This document shows, in pieces, positions 33,495 through 44,065 of a stretch of 57,221 nt of DNA. A model generated the notes under the pieces. It did not search any database and was not told the DNA's origin. It was given only the letters and a program-made list of their open reading frames with translations. The stretch's first letter is position 1; each line of letters starts with the position of its first letter. A program made the translations under genes and the position numbers. Source of the DNA: Candidatus Melainabacteria bacterium (GTDB taxonomy: Bacteria > Cyanobacteriota > Vampirovibrionia > LMEP-6097); the NCBI GenBank assembly GCA_028817775.1, contig JAPPOW010000230.1, positions 1 through 57,221 on the forward strand, read 5' to 3'.

Positions 33495-34259
33495 CTATTT
33501 TATTGCAAAGCCAATCTTGTTACTTCTTTGGCTGCCATCACGTACTAAATACAAGCTGTAATTGCCTTTGGCAAACTTCTTGTCGGTCACGAATTTAAGC
33601 TTAGTACCTTCTTTAGGGTCAGTGCTGAACTTGGCAATCTCAAGTTCTTTGCTTTTCTTAGCTTCGCTAGATTTGTAGAAAACCTTAATGGCATCTCTAT
33701 CTTTACCAAGCTTAGCAACTGTGATTTCGAACTCGTCACCCGCTTTGATTTCAATTGGCTCCTTCGGCTCAAAAATCTCTGGTTTGAAAATTTGTGCAGC
33801 AGAGATATAAAAATCTTCTATTTTGGAGTTGGCGTTGTAGTGCAGTCGTCCCTCAAGCTTGTTAGCAACCTCACTGGAGCTAATCAAACCGTCAAACTCA
33901 AAATTCTCTGACAAGCTGGTGTATACGTTCTGATCCTTGTGAAAGAGTACATTCCAGGAATCAACGCTATTACCATCGGTACGCCAGAAAAATCTTTGGC
34001 TATTATCACGCAAAGCCAGTACGCCGATACCATCTGTAAGTTCTGCTTCTTTGGGAAGGAAAGTAATTTTGACCTTGAAAGCCGCGGCTTCGCCATTATC
34101 TCCTTCAGGTAAGATAGTTTTGGCAGTACCAATATAATCACCTGGAGGAAAGTCTACGGTTTCACTTTCAATCCCAAATATTTTTCTAATATTGACACAG
34201 CTAGTAAGGCTAAAGGAAATTGCTGTTGCTATTATCAAAGTTTTGATTGATGACTTCAT
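33495..34259 (-). CDS. Hypothetical lipoprotein
   Basis: Lipobox ISFSLTSC|V. Beta-rich sequence. No family recognised. Confidence 0.55.
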   Translation of the reverse strand: MKSSIKTLIIATAISFSLTSCVNIRKIFGIESETVDFPPGDYIGTAKTILPEGDNGEAAAFKVKITFLPKEAELTDGIGVLALRDNSQRFFWRTDGNSVDSWNVLFHKDQNVYTSLSENFEFDGLISSSEVANKLEGRLHYNANSKIEDFYISAAQIFKPEIFEPKEPIEIKAGDEFEITVAKLGKDRDAIKVFYKSSEAKKSKELEIAKFSTDPKEGTKLKFVTDKKFAKGNYSLYLVRDGSQRSNKIGFAIK

Positions 34260-34292
34260 TACTTGTTTATTATAAACTAAGACTTACGCCTG

Positions 34293-35207
34293 ATGAAATT
34301 GATCAAGCCAGCTCTAATAGCTTTTTCTAGCATTGTTTTGCTAGGTTCTATCTATTTTTTCTTTATTGGTGACCGCTATTCATCGGTTGAGCCTCTGGAG
34401 AAAATCTACAGTAGCGATAGACCTCAATTAGAAGAGGAGTTAAATATTTTGATCTTGGGTGCTGATTCTTTAGTACCGGGGAAGCTTGAGGGCTGGAACG
34501 GTCGTTCCGATGTAATTGTTCTACTGAACTTCAATCCGCGAACTAAACAAGTCTCAATTTTGAGTATCCCGCGTGACACTCATATTGAACTCAAAAAATA
34601 TCCTGATATTCATAGAATCAATTCTGCTAATCAGTTTGGTGGTTATAAGCTCAGTAAACGAGCAGTACGGCGTTTGCTTGACAAGGTCAAAATTGACCAC
34701 GTAATTGTCTTTAGTATGAAATCAACTATCGAATTATTGGAGACTTTGGGCCCCCTCAAAATTTTTGTGCCTGTTGATATGAAGTATCGGGACAAGAGTG
34801 CAGGCTTAGATATTGATATCAAAGCGGGGTTGCAGGAGCTTGAAGGTAAGGAATTAATGAATTTTTTGCGTTTCCGTAATCTCAACAAGGGTGATATTGG
34901 ACGGATTGAGCGCCAGCATATATTCTTTAGGGCTGCGCTCAAAAAGCTGTCACAGCCTGAAATGATCTTTAGATTACCAGGGATTTTACTCAAAGCGGGA
35001 CGCACTTTCACCACTGATATGAGCTTCCGAGAGCTTTTTGAGCTTGGAACTTTGCTAAGATCTTTATTACCGGGTTCTGAACAAGAGCAGGATAATGTCT
35101 GGGATTTTCAGAGTTATATAGTACCGGGTGATTTTGGGGAAGATGGATCCTGGGTTCCTAATCATTCCAAAATCAAAGTAATGATGCAAGAAATAAGAAG
35201 GAAATGA
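34293..35207 (+). CDS. LytR-CpsA-Psr (LCP) family protein
   Basis: N-terminal TM, LNILILGADS, GRSDVIVLLNFNP...VSILSIPRDT: the LCP signature. Confidence 0.85.
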   Translation: MKLIKPALIAFSSIVLLGSIYFFFIGDRYSSVEPLEKIYSSDRPQLEEELNILILGADSLVPGKLEGWNGRSDVIVLLNFNPRTKQVSILSIPRDTHIELKKYPDIHRINSANQFGGYKLSKRAVRRLLDKVKIDHVIVFSMKSTIELLETLGPLKIFVPVDMKYRDKSAGLDIDIKAGLQELEGKELMNFLRFRNLNKGDIGRIERQHIFFRAALKKLSQPEMIFRLPGILLKAGRTFTTDMSFRELFELGTLLRSLLPGSEQEQDNVWDFQSYIVPGDFGEDGSWVPNHSKIKVMMQEIRRK

Positions 35208-36577
35208 AATTACTGGACAAAAGTCGCGCACGCAAGTTAGGAATTTTTAGTTTTTGGCAAGGTAACCACCGTGATCGTCTGGCTTTATTTGGGATCATTG
35301 CTGGGATTTGGTTGGTGATCCGCTTGATTGAGGAGTTCATGCCTAATAAATACTTGGAGGCTCTTCCTGGTGATGTCTCATTAACTTTGCTCGCTTTGAT
35401 TGTTTTAGTTATGACTGCTCACGCAGTTTTTATTTTTGTAGCACAGTATCATCGCCGCCGTAACCCACGCGAGCTCAATGGCGATTATCAACCGAGTGTT
35501 GATATTTTTATTTCTGCACATAATGAGGAGGCCGTAATTGGAGCTACTCTAGATCGTTTGTTGCAATTGAGCTATCCCAATTTGAAAATCTATATCATTA
35601 ATGATCGTAGTCAAGACCGTACTCAAGAAATCATTGAAGCTTGTGCTGCACAAGCAGCTGGCAAGATAGTTGTAATCAACCGACCTGATGATGCATTCCC
35701 GGGTAAAGCTGCAGCATTGAATGATGCACTTGAAATTTCTGACGGTGAAGTGATCTTGGTGCTTGATGCAGACGCTCGTATTGAGGATAGTTTTATTGCA
35801 AGTATAGTGAGCTGCTTAGATGATCCACTGGTTGCTGCGGTGCAGGCACAGAAAGTAATTGCTAACCCTGAGGCAAATTTATTGGCGCGCCAGCAATTGC
35901 ATGAATATGCGATGGACACTTATTTACAGATGGGGCGTGATAGTATTCGCGGCTCGGTTGAATTGCGCGGCAATGGTCAGTTAATTAAACGTGAAGCGCT
36001 TGAAGATGTCGGTGGTTGGAACGAAGAAACAATTACTGATGATCTTGATCTTTCCACTTGCCTGCACGTCAAAGGTTGGGATATTAGATTTAGTCCTGAG
36101 AATAAAGTTTATGAGGAAGCAGTTACCACTATGGATGGTTTTATCAAGCAGCGCCGGCGTTGGGCTGAGGGTAGTATGCGCCGTTACCTCAATTATTTCT
36201 TGCAGCTTTTGAAACCAGGTAATTTAACTTTGAATCAAATCTTTGATACTTTCTTCTTCCTTGGTGAGTTTAGTATTCCGCTTTGGTTGTCACTCGATAT
36301 TGTCTATGAAGTGATTAGGATTGCTAGCGGTCGTGAGACCTACCTGACTACCTTGATGTATTTGAGTATGTCTTTGACGGTTATCATCGGCGTGTCTATG
36401 TTCAATGGTCTACGGATTTATAAACAACAGGGTTTCTTTGAGGCTTTGGGCAATACTATAGTTGGTGCTAGCTATATTGTTAGTACCTGGACCATGATTA
36501 TCATGATGACTTATCGCAAGATCTTGTTTAGTCGTAGTGTTGGAACTTGGGCTCGTAGTCCCAAAGGGTCTTCTTAG
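35204..36577 (+). CDS. Family-2 glycosyltransferase, processive membrane-embedded type (PgaC/cellulose-synthase-like)
   Basis: PSVDIFISAHNEE, INDRSQD, VLDADA, TDDLDLS, QRRRWAEG (the Q(R/Q)xRW motif), flanked by TM helices. Start overlaps the LCP stop (ATGA). Confidence 0.85.
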   Translation: MKLLDKSRARKLGIFSFWQGNHRDRLALFGIIAGIWLVIRLIEEFMPNKYLEALPGDVSLTLLALIVLVMTAHAVFIFVAQYHRRRNPRELNGDYQPSVDIFISAHNEEAVIGATLDRLLQLSYPNLKIYIINDRSQDRTQEIIEACAAQAAGKIVVINRPDDAFPGKAAALNDALEISDGEVILVLDADARIEDSFIASIVSCLDDPLVAAVQAQKVIANPEANLLARQQLHEYAMDTYLQMGRDSIRGSVELRGNGQLIKREALEDVGGWNEETITDDLDLSTCLHVKGWDIRFSPENKVYEEAVTTMDGFIKQRRRWAEGSMRRYLNYFLQLLKPGNLTLNQIFDTFFFLGEFSIPLWLSLDIVYEVIRIASGRETYLTTLMYLSMSLTVIIGVSMFNGLRIYKQQGFFEALGNTIVGASYIVSTWTMIIMMTYRKILFSRSVGTWARSPKGSS

Positions 36578-37566
36578 TCAGCTTCTGGTGCAGCCAGATC
36601 CAAAAGACTACGTACATCGTCTTTATTGTCTAAATTTGTTTCAATGAAACTATTGATTGCTCCGTTGAGTTTGCTTGGATCAATTGTAAGTAAGTCCTGA
36701 GCGATAGTTCTATATTCACTAATAGTTTCTAGAGCACGCTCTTTGACTAGTGTTAACTTGGCAGTTAATTTGCTAAGGAAATCAGTATATTCTTTAGCTT
36801 TATTCATTATTTCTAGGCCTTGTTGGAAATGTTGACCATGCTCAGTTAATTGAGCCACAAAGGTTTCAAGTCTAGCTCCTAGCTCCTCTGGTTTTTTGTT
36901 TGGTTGAATCCCATTAATATCCGCTCTTAGTGCACTGATTCCTTCTGTTACTTTTGTTTGGAAGGCTTCTAGGCTGTGAGGCGGAAGTGCAGTTTTTAGG
37001 CTTATTACCTGATCAACAAAGCTAAGTAGTGTTCTAAAGCTTCGTGGTAATGTACCTGGATCGATAGTTTCTTGCCAAGATTTTTGCACTAGCTCTTCGC
37101 TTTCACCAACAAGTATTCTTTGCCAAAATGGTTTAGCTTTCTCAAATCTTGGGCGGGTAATTTCAGCTGAATCCTTTTCATCAACAAAGAATGGCGCAAA
37201 GTACAGTGCGGGTCTGGCTCTAAGTAGCTCAATATCTCCATCCGCACAATCTCCAATTTGTGTGGTGATTGAATATGGAGCTGCAGACCTATCCTTGGAG
37301 CTGGCTTCAGACAGACGGTCTTTGAAGTAGCGGAAGGCAAGGTCTTCATCAACAGAATCATGGGCAAGGTTAATCATTACATCCTGAAAATTTGCTAACC
37401 TTGCAAGCCTGATCCTGCGAGCTTCAAGTGATACAGGCTTAGAGCCCTCGACGTACGACGTCCTGATTTCCATATTTTCATTAAGTTCGTCATGACCGTG
37501 CACTTGCTCCATTACAGCGGCAAAGTCTGGTCCTAATAAATTTAAGCTTGCTAAATTTAGGCTCAT
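36574..37566 (-). CDS. Hypothetical protein
   Basis: 330-aa ORF, helical, no signal peptide. No family recognised. Confidence 0.5.
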   Translation of the reverse strand: MSLNLASLNLLGPDFAAVMEQVHGHDELNENMEIRTSYVEGSKPVSLEARRIRLARLANFQDVMINLAHDSVDEDLAFRYFKDRLSEASSKDRSAAPYSITTQIGDCADGDIELLRARPALYFAPFFVDEKDSAEITRPRFEKAKPFWQRILVGESEELVQKSWQETIDPGTLPRSFRTLLSFVDQVISLKTALPPHSLEAFQTKVTEGISALRADINGIQPNKKPEELGARLETFVAQLTEHGQHFQQGLEIMNKAKEYTDFLSKLTAKLTLVKERALETISEYRTIAQDLLTIDPSKLNGAINSFIETNLDNKDDVRSLLDLAAPEAD

Positions 37567-37662
37567 GCGGACTAATTGTATTATATTGGGCCCTCGATTG
37601 TCAATCTTATCTTGTGATGTGTTGATTAGGCTTTATCGAGCTGATTAGGTTACCATGTTGTT

Positions 37663-39759
37663 ATGACCAATCCACTCTTGAATTATCAGGAATTTGTGCC
37701 CTATGAGCAAATCAAAGCTGAACATATAGTGCCAGCAGTTAAGCAGGCAATTGAGCAATCTCAAGCTGAATTGGAGCAGATACTTGCTAAGCAGGATTTG
37801 AATTTTGCTGGAGCCATGCAGTCATTTATCGAGATGGAGAAAATTCTTGAGCGAGTTTGGAATCCAGTCGAGAATTTGCTTAGTTTGATGGGGCAGGATG
37901 ATATTCGTGATGCAGCCAATGAAGCACGCCCACTAGTAGTTGAGTTCTATAACAACTACTCGCTTGATCCAAGGGTATATAAATTAGTCAAAGATTATTC
38001 GCAGACTGATGAAGCCAAAGCTTTGACCGGTGAGCGCAAGCGTCACCTCGAAACAACTCTATTGGATTTTAGACTCTCCGGTGCTGAGCTTGAAGGTAAG
38101 GATAAAGAAGAGTTCAAAGAACTTAATCTTAAACTCTCTGAGCTCTCTCAAAAATTTTCAGACAATGCTACTGATTCCAAGTTTGAACTGGTGATCGCGG
38201 ACTCTAGTGATTTAGCAGGTTTGCCTGATGATATTCTTGCTGGCGCTAAACGCAAAGCTGATGAGATGCGCGAGCAAGGAGCAGAGATTGCAGCAGATGC
38301 TTGGCTCTTCAATCTTGATTATCCATCTTATGGACCCTTTATGAAGTTCGCTGACAGTGGTGCATTGCGCAAACAGCTTTATTTAGCATACTTAGCCAAA
38401 GCAACTACTAATGCTAATCGTGGTCTGCTCGGCGAGAAAGACGATTCACTTGATAATGAACCATTGATCGCTCAAATTTTTGCAGCCAAGTTGCGCAAAA
38501 CTAAATTGCTAGGTTTTAAGAACTATGCTGAGCTGAGTTTGGAAACTAAAATGGCACCAAGTCCTGAGGAGGTGACAGAATTCTTACAAAGACTAGCTTC
38601 TAAGTCTAAAGCCTTGGCTCAAAGTGAGTATCAAGATCTAGTAGCCTACCAAAAAGAGATTGGCTACCATAATACAGAAAATAACCCAGAGAAAATCTAT
38701 CCATGGGATCGCGACTATCTCTCTGAGAAATTACGCAAGGCTAAGTTTGACTTCGATACTAATTTAACTAAGCCATATTTTGAGCTTCGTAACACCATCG
38801 ATGGCATGTTCAATATCGCTAGAACCCTTTTTTCAATTGAGCTTGAGCAGGTTAATAATATTGAAGCTTGGCATGATGATGTTGAAGTTTATCAATTGAA
38901 GAATAAAGATGGTTCTTTGATTGGTAGTTTCTATATGGATCTCTACCCGCGTGATATCAAACGCCAGGGTGCTTGGGTGATGCCATTGGTGGCAGCTTCT
39001 ACTGATATCAATGCTCAGCGTATCAAGCCACAATGCACTTTGGTTTGTAATCTCACTAAACCACATGAAGGCGAGCCAAGCTTGCTGACTCATATGGAAG
39101 TAGTAACTTTATTTCATGAATTTGGTCATGCTCTGCACCACTTGTTCTCGACTGTTGAGCTAGAGCCGCTTTCTGGAACCAATGTGGAGTGGGACTTTGT
39201 TGAATTGCCGTCACAACTCAATGAAAATTTTGCTTGGGAGCGTGAGTCGCTTGAGACCTTTGCCAAGCATCATGAGACTGGTGAAGCCATTCCTCAAGAC
39301 CTGCTTGATAAGATGCTTGCAGCAAGGACTTTCAATGAGGGACTAGCCTGTATTAGACAGCTAGAGTTTGGTTTGTTTGATCTAGCTATTCATATGCGTG
39401 AGAGCGCTGAAGATAGCCGCTCGCCAAATGATATTTTCAAAGAGATAGTAGATAAGTATGGTTTGTTTGAAGTTTGGCAAGGAACTAACTTCCCTTGTTC
39501 TTTCTCACATATTTTTGCAGGCGGCTATGCTGCTGGTTACTATAGCTATAAATGGGCTGAAGTACTTGAGGCTGATGCTTTCTCTCGTTTCCAAAAGGAA
39601 GGGGTGCTCAACTCTAGTCTAGGACAAGAATATAGAGAGAAGATTTTAGAGCGCGGGGATGCTGAGCCGCCGATGGAATTATTCAAAGATTTTATGGGAC
39701 GTGAACCGAAAGAAGATGCTTTGCTTGAAAGAATGGGTTTGGAGGTAACTAATGTCTAA
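37663..39759 (+). CDS. M3-family zinc metallopeptidase (oligopeptidase A / dipeptidyl carboxypeptidase-like)
   Basis: HEFGHALHH zinc motif, downstream E in VELPSQ, about 700 aa. Overall M3A pattern. Confidence 0.88.
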   Translation: MTNPLLNYQEFVPYEQIKAEHIVPAVKQAIEQSQAELEQILAKQDLNFAGAMQSFIEMEKILERVWNPVENLLSLMGQDDIRDAANEARPLVVEFYNNYSLDPRVYKLVKDYSQTDEAKALTGERKRHLETTLLDFRLSGAELEGKDKEEFKELNLKLSELSQKFSDNATDSKFELVIADSSDLAGLPDDILAGAKRKADEMREQGAEIAADAWLFNLDYPSYGPFMKFADSGALRKQLYLAYLAKATTNANRGLLGEKDDSLDNEPLIAQIFAAKLRKTKLLGFKNYAELSLETKMAPSPEEVTEFLQRLASKSKALAQSEYQDLVAYQKEIGYHNTENNPEKIYPWDRDYLSEKLRKAKFDFDTNLTKPYFELRNTIDGMFNIARTLFSIELEQVNNIEAWHDDVEVYQLKNKDGSLIGSFYMDLYPRDIKRQGAWVMPLVAASTDINAQRIKPQCTLVCNLTKPHEGEPSLLTHMEVVTLFHEFGHALHHLFSTVELEPLSGTNVEWDFVELPSQLNENFAWERESLETFAKHHETGEAIPQDLLDKMLAARTFNEGLACIRQLEFGLFDLAIHMRESAEDSRSPNDIFKEIVDKYGLFEVWQGTNFPCSFSHIFAGGYAAGYYSYKWAEVLEADAFSRFQKEGVLNSSLGQEYREKILERGDAEPPMELFKDFMGREPKEDALLERMGLEVTNV

Positions 39760-41143
39760 ATTAACAGTTGAGGTGATTACAGGGGAGCCCTATGGCTTTA
39801 ATGAAGATCCCGGACTTAATGAGCGTAAGCCTGCTTTGACTCAATACTTGCCTAAGGAGCGCAAGCTCAAATTATTTCTTGGTCCGAAATCCAAGCTTAG
39901 TCTGAGCAAGATCCGTCAACGAGTTTCTGATGTTGATTGGAAACATGTTTCAGAGACTGAAGTAGAGATTGATACTGATAGTCTTGATGCTGCTCAAGCT
40001 GAAGCCCTCTATGAAATGATTGCTCTTAAAAGTTTTGTCTTTGATAAGTACAAAACTTCAGCGGCTGAACGCCACGTCCAGGTCAAGCGTTTAGCCTTCA
40101 AGAAAAAGAAACCAGAAGGCTTCAATTCTCGTTTACGTGATGAAATTATTACTGGAGTTAAATTCTGCCGCGATATAGTTTCTAGTAATGCTGATACTAT
40201 CAATCCTGGTCAGATGCAACGCTTTGCTGAAGAGATTGCTAAGAACTCAAAGAATGTTAAGTGCAAAACTATCAATGTTACTCAAGCTCAGAAAAAGGGC
40301 ATGGGTGCACTACTGGCTGTAGGTGCTGAATCACTAAAAAATTCACCAGTTGATTTTCATCCTCGTCTAGTGCAGCTAGATTTCACTGGTGCTAAGGCTG
40401 CCAAGTCTAAAGAAGTTAAGCATATAGTTCTAGTGGGTAAGGGGATTACTTTTGATACTGGTGGACTTTGCCTCAAGCCAACTCAATACATGCTTGATAT
40501 GAAGTCTGATATGGCTGGCTCAGCGACAGTGCTCTCAGTGATGAAAGTGCTTGCTAAGATTGCTGGCAAGGTTGGAAGCAATATCAAGGTCACTGGTATC
40601 ATGGCATTGACCGAGAATGGTTTTGGAGCAAGTAGCTACAAACCTGGTGATGTACTTAAAGCAATGAACGGTAAAACTATCCAGGTGGTGGATACTGATG
40701 CGGAAGGTAGATTGGCTCTTGCTGACGCTTTGAGTTATGCTTCAAGTCTCAAGCCGGATATCATTATTGACCTGGCTACTCTGACTGGTTCAATCGTTGC
40801 TACTTTAGGAGAGGTGGCTGCTGGTGCTATGGGTGACGAGGATTTGTTTACTGAAGTCAATAAAGCATTTGAACGTGAAGGTGAAAAAATCTGGCGCATG
40901 CCACTTTATGATTACTACAAAGATTCACTCAAATCAGAGATCGCTGATATCAAACACTGTAATACGAGACCAGATGCGCTTTGCGCTGGAATTTTCCTCA
41001 AAGAATTTGTCGATGAGAATATTGATTGGTTGCATCTCGATATTGCTGGTTTAGGTTTTATTGAAAATGATGGGCTCTGGGCTTACAAGGGTGCAACTGG
41101 TTTTGCAGTAAAAGGTTTAGTTAAGTACATTCTTTCCCAGTAA
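39752..41143 (+). CDS. pepA: Leucyl aminopeptidase (M17)
   Basis: VGKGITFDTGGLCLKP, DMKSDMAG, VVDTDAEGRLALAD, DLATLTG: M17 signatures. Start overlaps the M3 gene end by 8 nt. Confidence 0.9.
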   Translation: MSKLTVEVITGEPYGFNEDPGLNERKPALTQYLPKERKLKLFLGPKSKLSLSKIRQRVSDVDWKHVSETEVEIDTDSLDAAQAEALYEMIALKSFVFDKYKTSAAERHVQVKRLAFKKKKPEGFNSRLRDEIITGVKFCRDIVSSNADTINPGQMQRFAEEIAKNSKNVKCKTINVTQAQKKGMGALLAVGAESLKNSPVDFHPRLVQLDFTGAKAAKSKEVKHIVLVGKGITFDTGGLCLKPTQYMLDMKSDMAGSATVLSVMKVLAKIAGKVGSNIKVTGIMALTENGFGASSYKPGDVLKAMNGKTIQVVDTDAEGRLALADALSYASSLKPDIIIDLATLTGSIVATLGEVAAGAMGDEDLFTEVNKAFEREGEKIWRMPLYDYYKDSLKSEIADIKHCNTRPDALCAGIFLKEFVDENIDWLHLDIAGLGFIENDGLWAYKGATGFAVKGLVKYILSQ

Positions 41144-41198
41144 AAGTTAATACGTAAAGTATCTTGTCGAGGGGCATTATGTTTGTTAAAATTTCCTT

Positions 41199-41975
41199 AT
41201 GATACAAATTGTAGATGGGCCTTTGCTCGCTGTTCACAAGCGGGCACGCAGGCAGGTTGTGGCGCAGACAGGTCAACGAAAGCAACTAGCTGAGCAAGCA
41301 CGGACTGCGACTGAATACGATCAGTTGCCAGCTCAATATTTAAGTTTGATTCACGCAGCAGGAGTAGAAGATCCGAGGGGCGGCCCCAATGAGCAAGATA
41401 GGGAAGCACTGGGATTAACTATGGATGCTCTTACTAGCTACGCAAAAATTTTGGAGACAAAAGATAGAGAAGCCAAACGACTAGCAGACAGACAAGAGTT
41501 CGATCAGATAGAGCAAGAGAAAGCTATCCTGGTTAAGCAGCTCTTGCCTGATGTGATTAGTTTTTTGGAGAGCGAAGCTACCAAGGCAGAATTAAGCGAG
41601 CGCTTTGGCAAGAAGGCTTTTAGATATGACTTTATTAATGAGGATCTGCAAGTTGGGCCGCAATTTAGGCAGCAGGCTAGAGCCCGTAATTGTTTTGCCA
41701 ACTATGATAATGGCAAGGTTTATAGTTTTAGTCTTGGTCCAGATATAGTGCCAGAAATTAATCAAGATCCTGCATTGGCTGAGCAGATAGCAAGATGTTT
41801 CAATTTTAAGCATCGTGGAATATCTTTCTTGTCTGATGAACTCTATAGAGATCCTGATTTGAGTGAGCTTAAGGATGTTCTAGAAGCTAGGCTGCAAGTA
41901 AAAACTGGTTCCTTGCGAAGAACTTGGAATAACTTAGTCGGTGCTAGCCAGGCTCCAGCTGTTTCAAGCAGCTAA
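41199..41975 (+). CDS. Hypothetical protein
   Basis: 258-aa ORF. The first ~70 codons are locally GC-richer and open on both strands. No family recognised. Confidence 0.45.
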   Translation: MIQIVDGPLLAVHKRARRQVVAQTGQRKQLAEQARTATEYDQLPAQYLSLIHAAGVEDPRGGPNEQDREALGLTMDALTSYAKILETKDREAKRLADRQEFDQIEQEKAILVKQLLPDVISFLESEATKAELSERFGKKAFRYDFINEDLQVGPQFRQQARARNCFANYDNGKVYSFSLGPDIVPEINQDPALAEQIARCFNFKHRGISFLSDELYRDPDLSELKDVLEARLQVKTGSLRRTWNNLVGASQAPAVSSS

Positions 41976-42020
41976 TCGCTAGACTTTGATTAAGCCTTTT
42001 GAGATGCTATTATTGCTTGA

Positions 42021-43295
42021 ATGCAAACCAAAGAACTAGCAAAATATTTTGGTGAATATGGCGGGCAATTCGTGCCAGAGACCTTGATGCCAGCTTTGGC
42101 TGAGCTTGAGATTTGCTACCTTGAAGCAATTGAAGATCAAGACTTCAAGGACCAACTTAATTACTATTTGCAAAACTATGTTGGTAGACCATCACCGCTT
42201 TATTACGCTGAATCTTTGACTAAACACTATGGCGGTGGCAGGATCTATCTCAAACGTGAGGATCTTAATCACACTGGCGCCCACAAAATTAATAACGCTA
42301 TTGGACAAGCTCTATTAGCCAAACGACTTGGCAAAAAATTAATCGTGGCAGAGACAGGAGCCGGACAGCATGGAGTCGCTACAGCTACAGCTTGTGCCTT
42401 GCTTGATTTAGAGTGCAAAGTATTTATGGGAGCCGAGGACATCAAGCGTCAAGCACCAAATGTCTATCGTATGGAACTACTGGGAGCCCAAGTGGTGCCA
42501 GTAGAATCAGGTTCACGTACACTTAAGGATGCGACATCAGAAGCGATTCGTTACTGGGTGACTAATGTAGTTTCCACTCACTATATTATTGGCAGTACTG
42601 TCGGTCCTCATCCTTATCCAACTTTAGTTAGAGACTTTCAAAGAATTATTGGAGACGAGGTCAAGCAGCAATTCTGGGAAGCTTATAGTCTGAGCTCAGG
42701 GCTTCATATGCAAGGCTTGCGAGCCCAAAGGGCTTGTCCGAAGTTGGCTGTAGCCAATGAGGACTCGCATAACGCAGCAGATGGAGCTATGAGCCCAGAC
42801 TATATTATTGCTTGTGTTGGTGGTGGCTCAAACGCTATGGGAATTTTCTATCCCTACCTTGAAGAAGCCCGCAAGCAAGAAACTAAATTGATTGCAATTG
42901 AAGCGGCTGGTGAAGGACTTGATGGCAAGCACGCAGCTTCAATCTCTAAAGGTAAGCCAGGAGTCTTGCACGGCTCCAAGAGTTACTTGCTGCAAGATGA
43001 GTTTGGGCAAATTCAAGAAGCTCACAGTATCTCTGCTGGGCTTGATTACCCGGGTATTGGTCCTGAGCATAGCTTTCTTAATGATGAAGGTTTAGTTGAT
43101 TACCAATCAATTACAGATAAAGAAGCGCTTGCTGCATTTAAATTACTTTGCAGGCTTGAAGGAATTATTCCAGCGCTAGAAAGTTCACATGCACTTGCTT
43201 ACTTGGAGAAACTTAAAACTAATCCAGATCAAACTATTGTGCTAAATCTCTCTGGTCGTGGTGATAAAGATCTCCAGCAAATATCAAACTGCTAG
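42021..43295 (+). CDS. trpB: Tryptophan synthase beta chain carrying a ~34-codon in-frame family-B repeat insertion
   Basis: [65 protein letters not shown]. The segment between IIG and [11 protein letters not shown] is 47 aa, versus about 15 aa in E. coli TrpB as recalled from memory. Confidence 0.92.
   Translation: MQTKELAKYFGEYGGQFVPETLMPALAELEICYLEAIEDQDFKDQLNYYLQNYVGRPSPLYYAESLTKHYGGGRIYLKREDLNHTGAHKINNAIGQALLAKRLGKKLIVAETGAGQHGVATATACALLDLECKVFMGAEDIKRQAPNVYRMELLGAQVVPVESGSRTLKDATSEAIRYWVTNVVSTHYIIGSTVGPHPYPTLVRDFQRIIGDEVKQQFWEAYSLSSGLHMQGLRAQRACPKLAVANEDSHNAADGAMSPDYIIACVGGGSNAMGIFYPYLEEARKQETKLIAIEAAGEGLDGKHAASISKGKPGVLHGSKSYLLQDEFGQIQEAHSISAGLDYPGIGPEHSFLNDEGLVDYQSITDKEALAAFKLLCRLEGIIPALESSHALAYLEKLKTNPDQTIVLNLSGRGDKDLQQISNC
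42694..42794 (+). repeat. Family-B structured repeat (B6) embedded in-frame in trpB
   Basis: GCTCAGGGCTTCATATGC-AAGGCTTGCGAGCCCAAAGGGCTTGTCCGAAGTTGGCTGTAGCCAATGAGGACTCGCATAACGCAG-CAGATGGAGCTATGAGC, translated ...[34 protein letters not shown]. Confidence 0.8.
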
Positions 43296-43300
43296 GAGCA

Positions 43301-43921
43301 CTATGATTCTGATGCTGCTCGTTCGGCAAGTCGCCGCTTAGTGGCTTCAACCACAGCTTTACTTATGGCTCTATTCTCTCTCATTAATAATTTCCAGTCT
43401 TGTTCACTTAAATATTGTTCGAAACAATCTGCTATTGAATAAGCAAGCTTGTAATCTTGGTGTTTCAAACCTAGACCAGGCTTGCGGAAGGACTTACCTT
43501 CTTCATCAATAAAGCTAATAGTAAATTCTTTATCTGTATTTTTGGTTGGTCTGAGTCGGTGCGTGCAGTGGATTAAGATTTTCTCGGGTTTTCTACTCAG
43601 TCCTAAGTCTGCAATTTGCTCGTCTGATAAACCAAGGTAAATAACTGCTCTGATTTTTTTATCATTATTATCAACATTTACTAGCTTGCAGCTCTCAACA
43701 TTAGCAGGAGCGTTTAATACAATCTCTCTAATATGGTTGAGCAGTCTTAAAGTTTTCTGCCTTCTTTCTTGAGCTTTGGCTGTTGCTGCCAATGCCTTGG
43801 CACGAGAACCCGTGCCATCGTTCTTGGTTACTGGCTGAGCGAGTTCAACAAAATCAAATTTTCTAGCTCGATTTTTACCGAGACCTCTACCAGTAGGTCT
43901 GCCAACATGTACTACCTTCAA
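43301..43921 (-). CDS. Hypothetical basic protein
   Basis: 206-aa ORF. No family recognised. Confidence 0.5.
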   Translation of the reverse strand: MKVVHVGRPTGRGLGKNRARKFDFVELAQPVTKNDGTGSRAKALAATAKAQERRQKTLRLLNHIREIVLNAPANVESCKLVNVDNNDKKIRAVIYLGLSDEQIADLGLSRKPEKILIHCTHRLRPTKNTDKEFTISFIDEEGKSFRKPGLGLKHQDYKLAYSIADCFEQYLSEQDWKLLMRENRAISKAVVEATKRRLAERAASES

Positions 43922-44065
43922 AGATTAAGCTCCATATTTCAACCGGGATGGGTGTTATTGTAACATGGGGCTGTGCTAGTTTATAGCTAGGAGACCAATG
44001 CTGCAGAATTGTTGATGATCAATACAGGTTGCACTATGGTTTATTATTAAGCTACCATTGGGTTT

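Noticed and set aside
41197-41409. 70-aa minus-strand ORF overlapping the start of 41199..41975
   Set aside because: It arises from a locally GC-richer stretch that is open in both directions. The plus-strand ORF is much longer and continues in frame. Neither has homology support, so only the longer one is kept at modest confidence.
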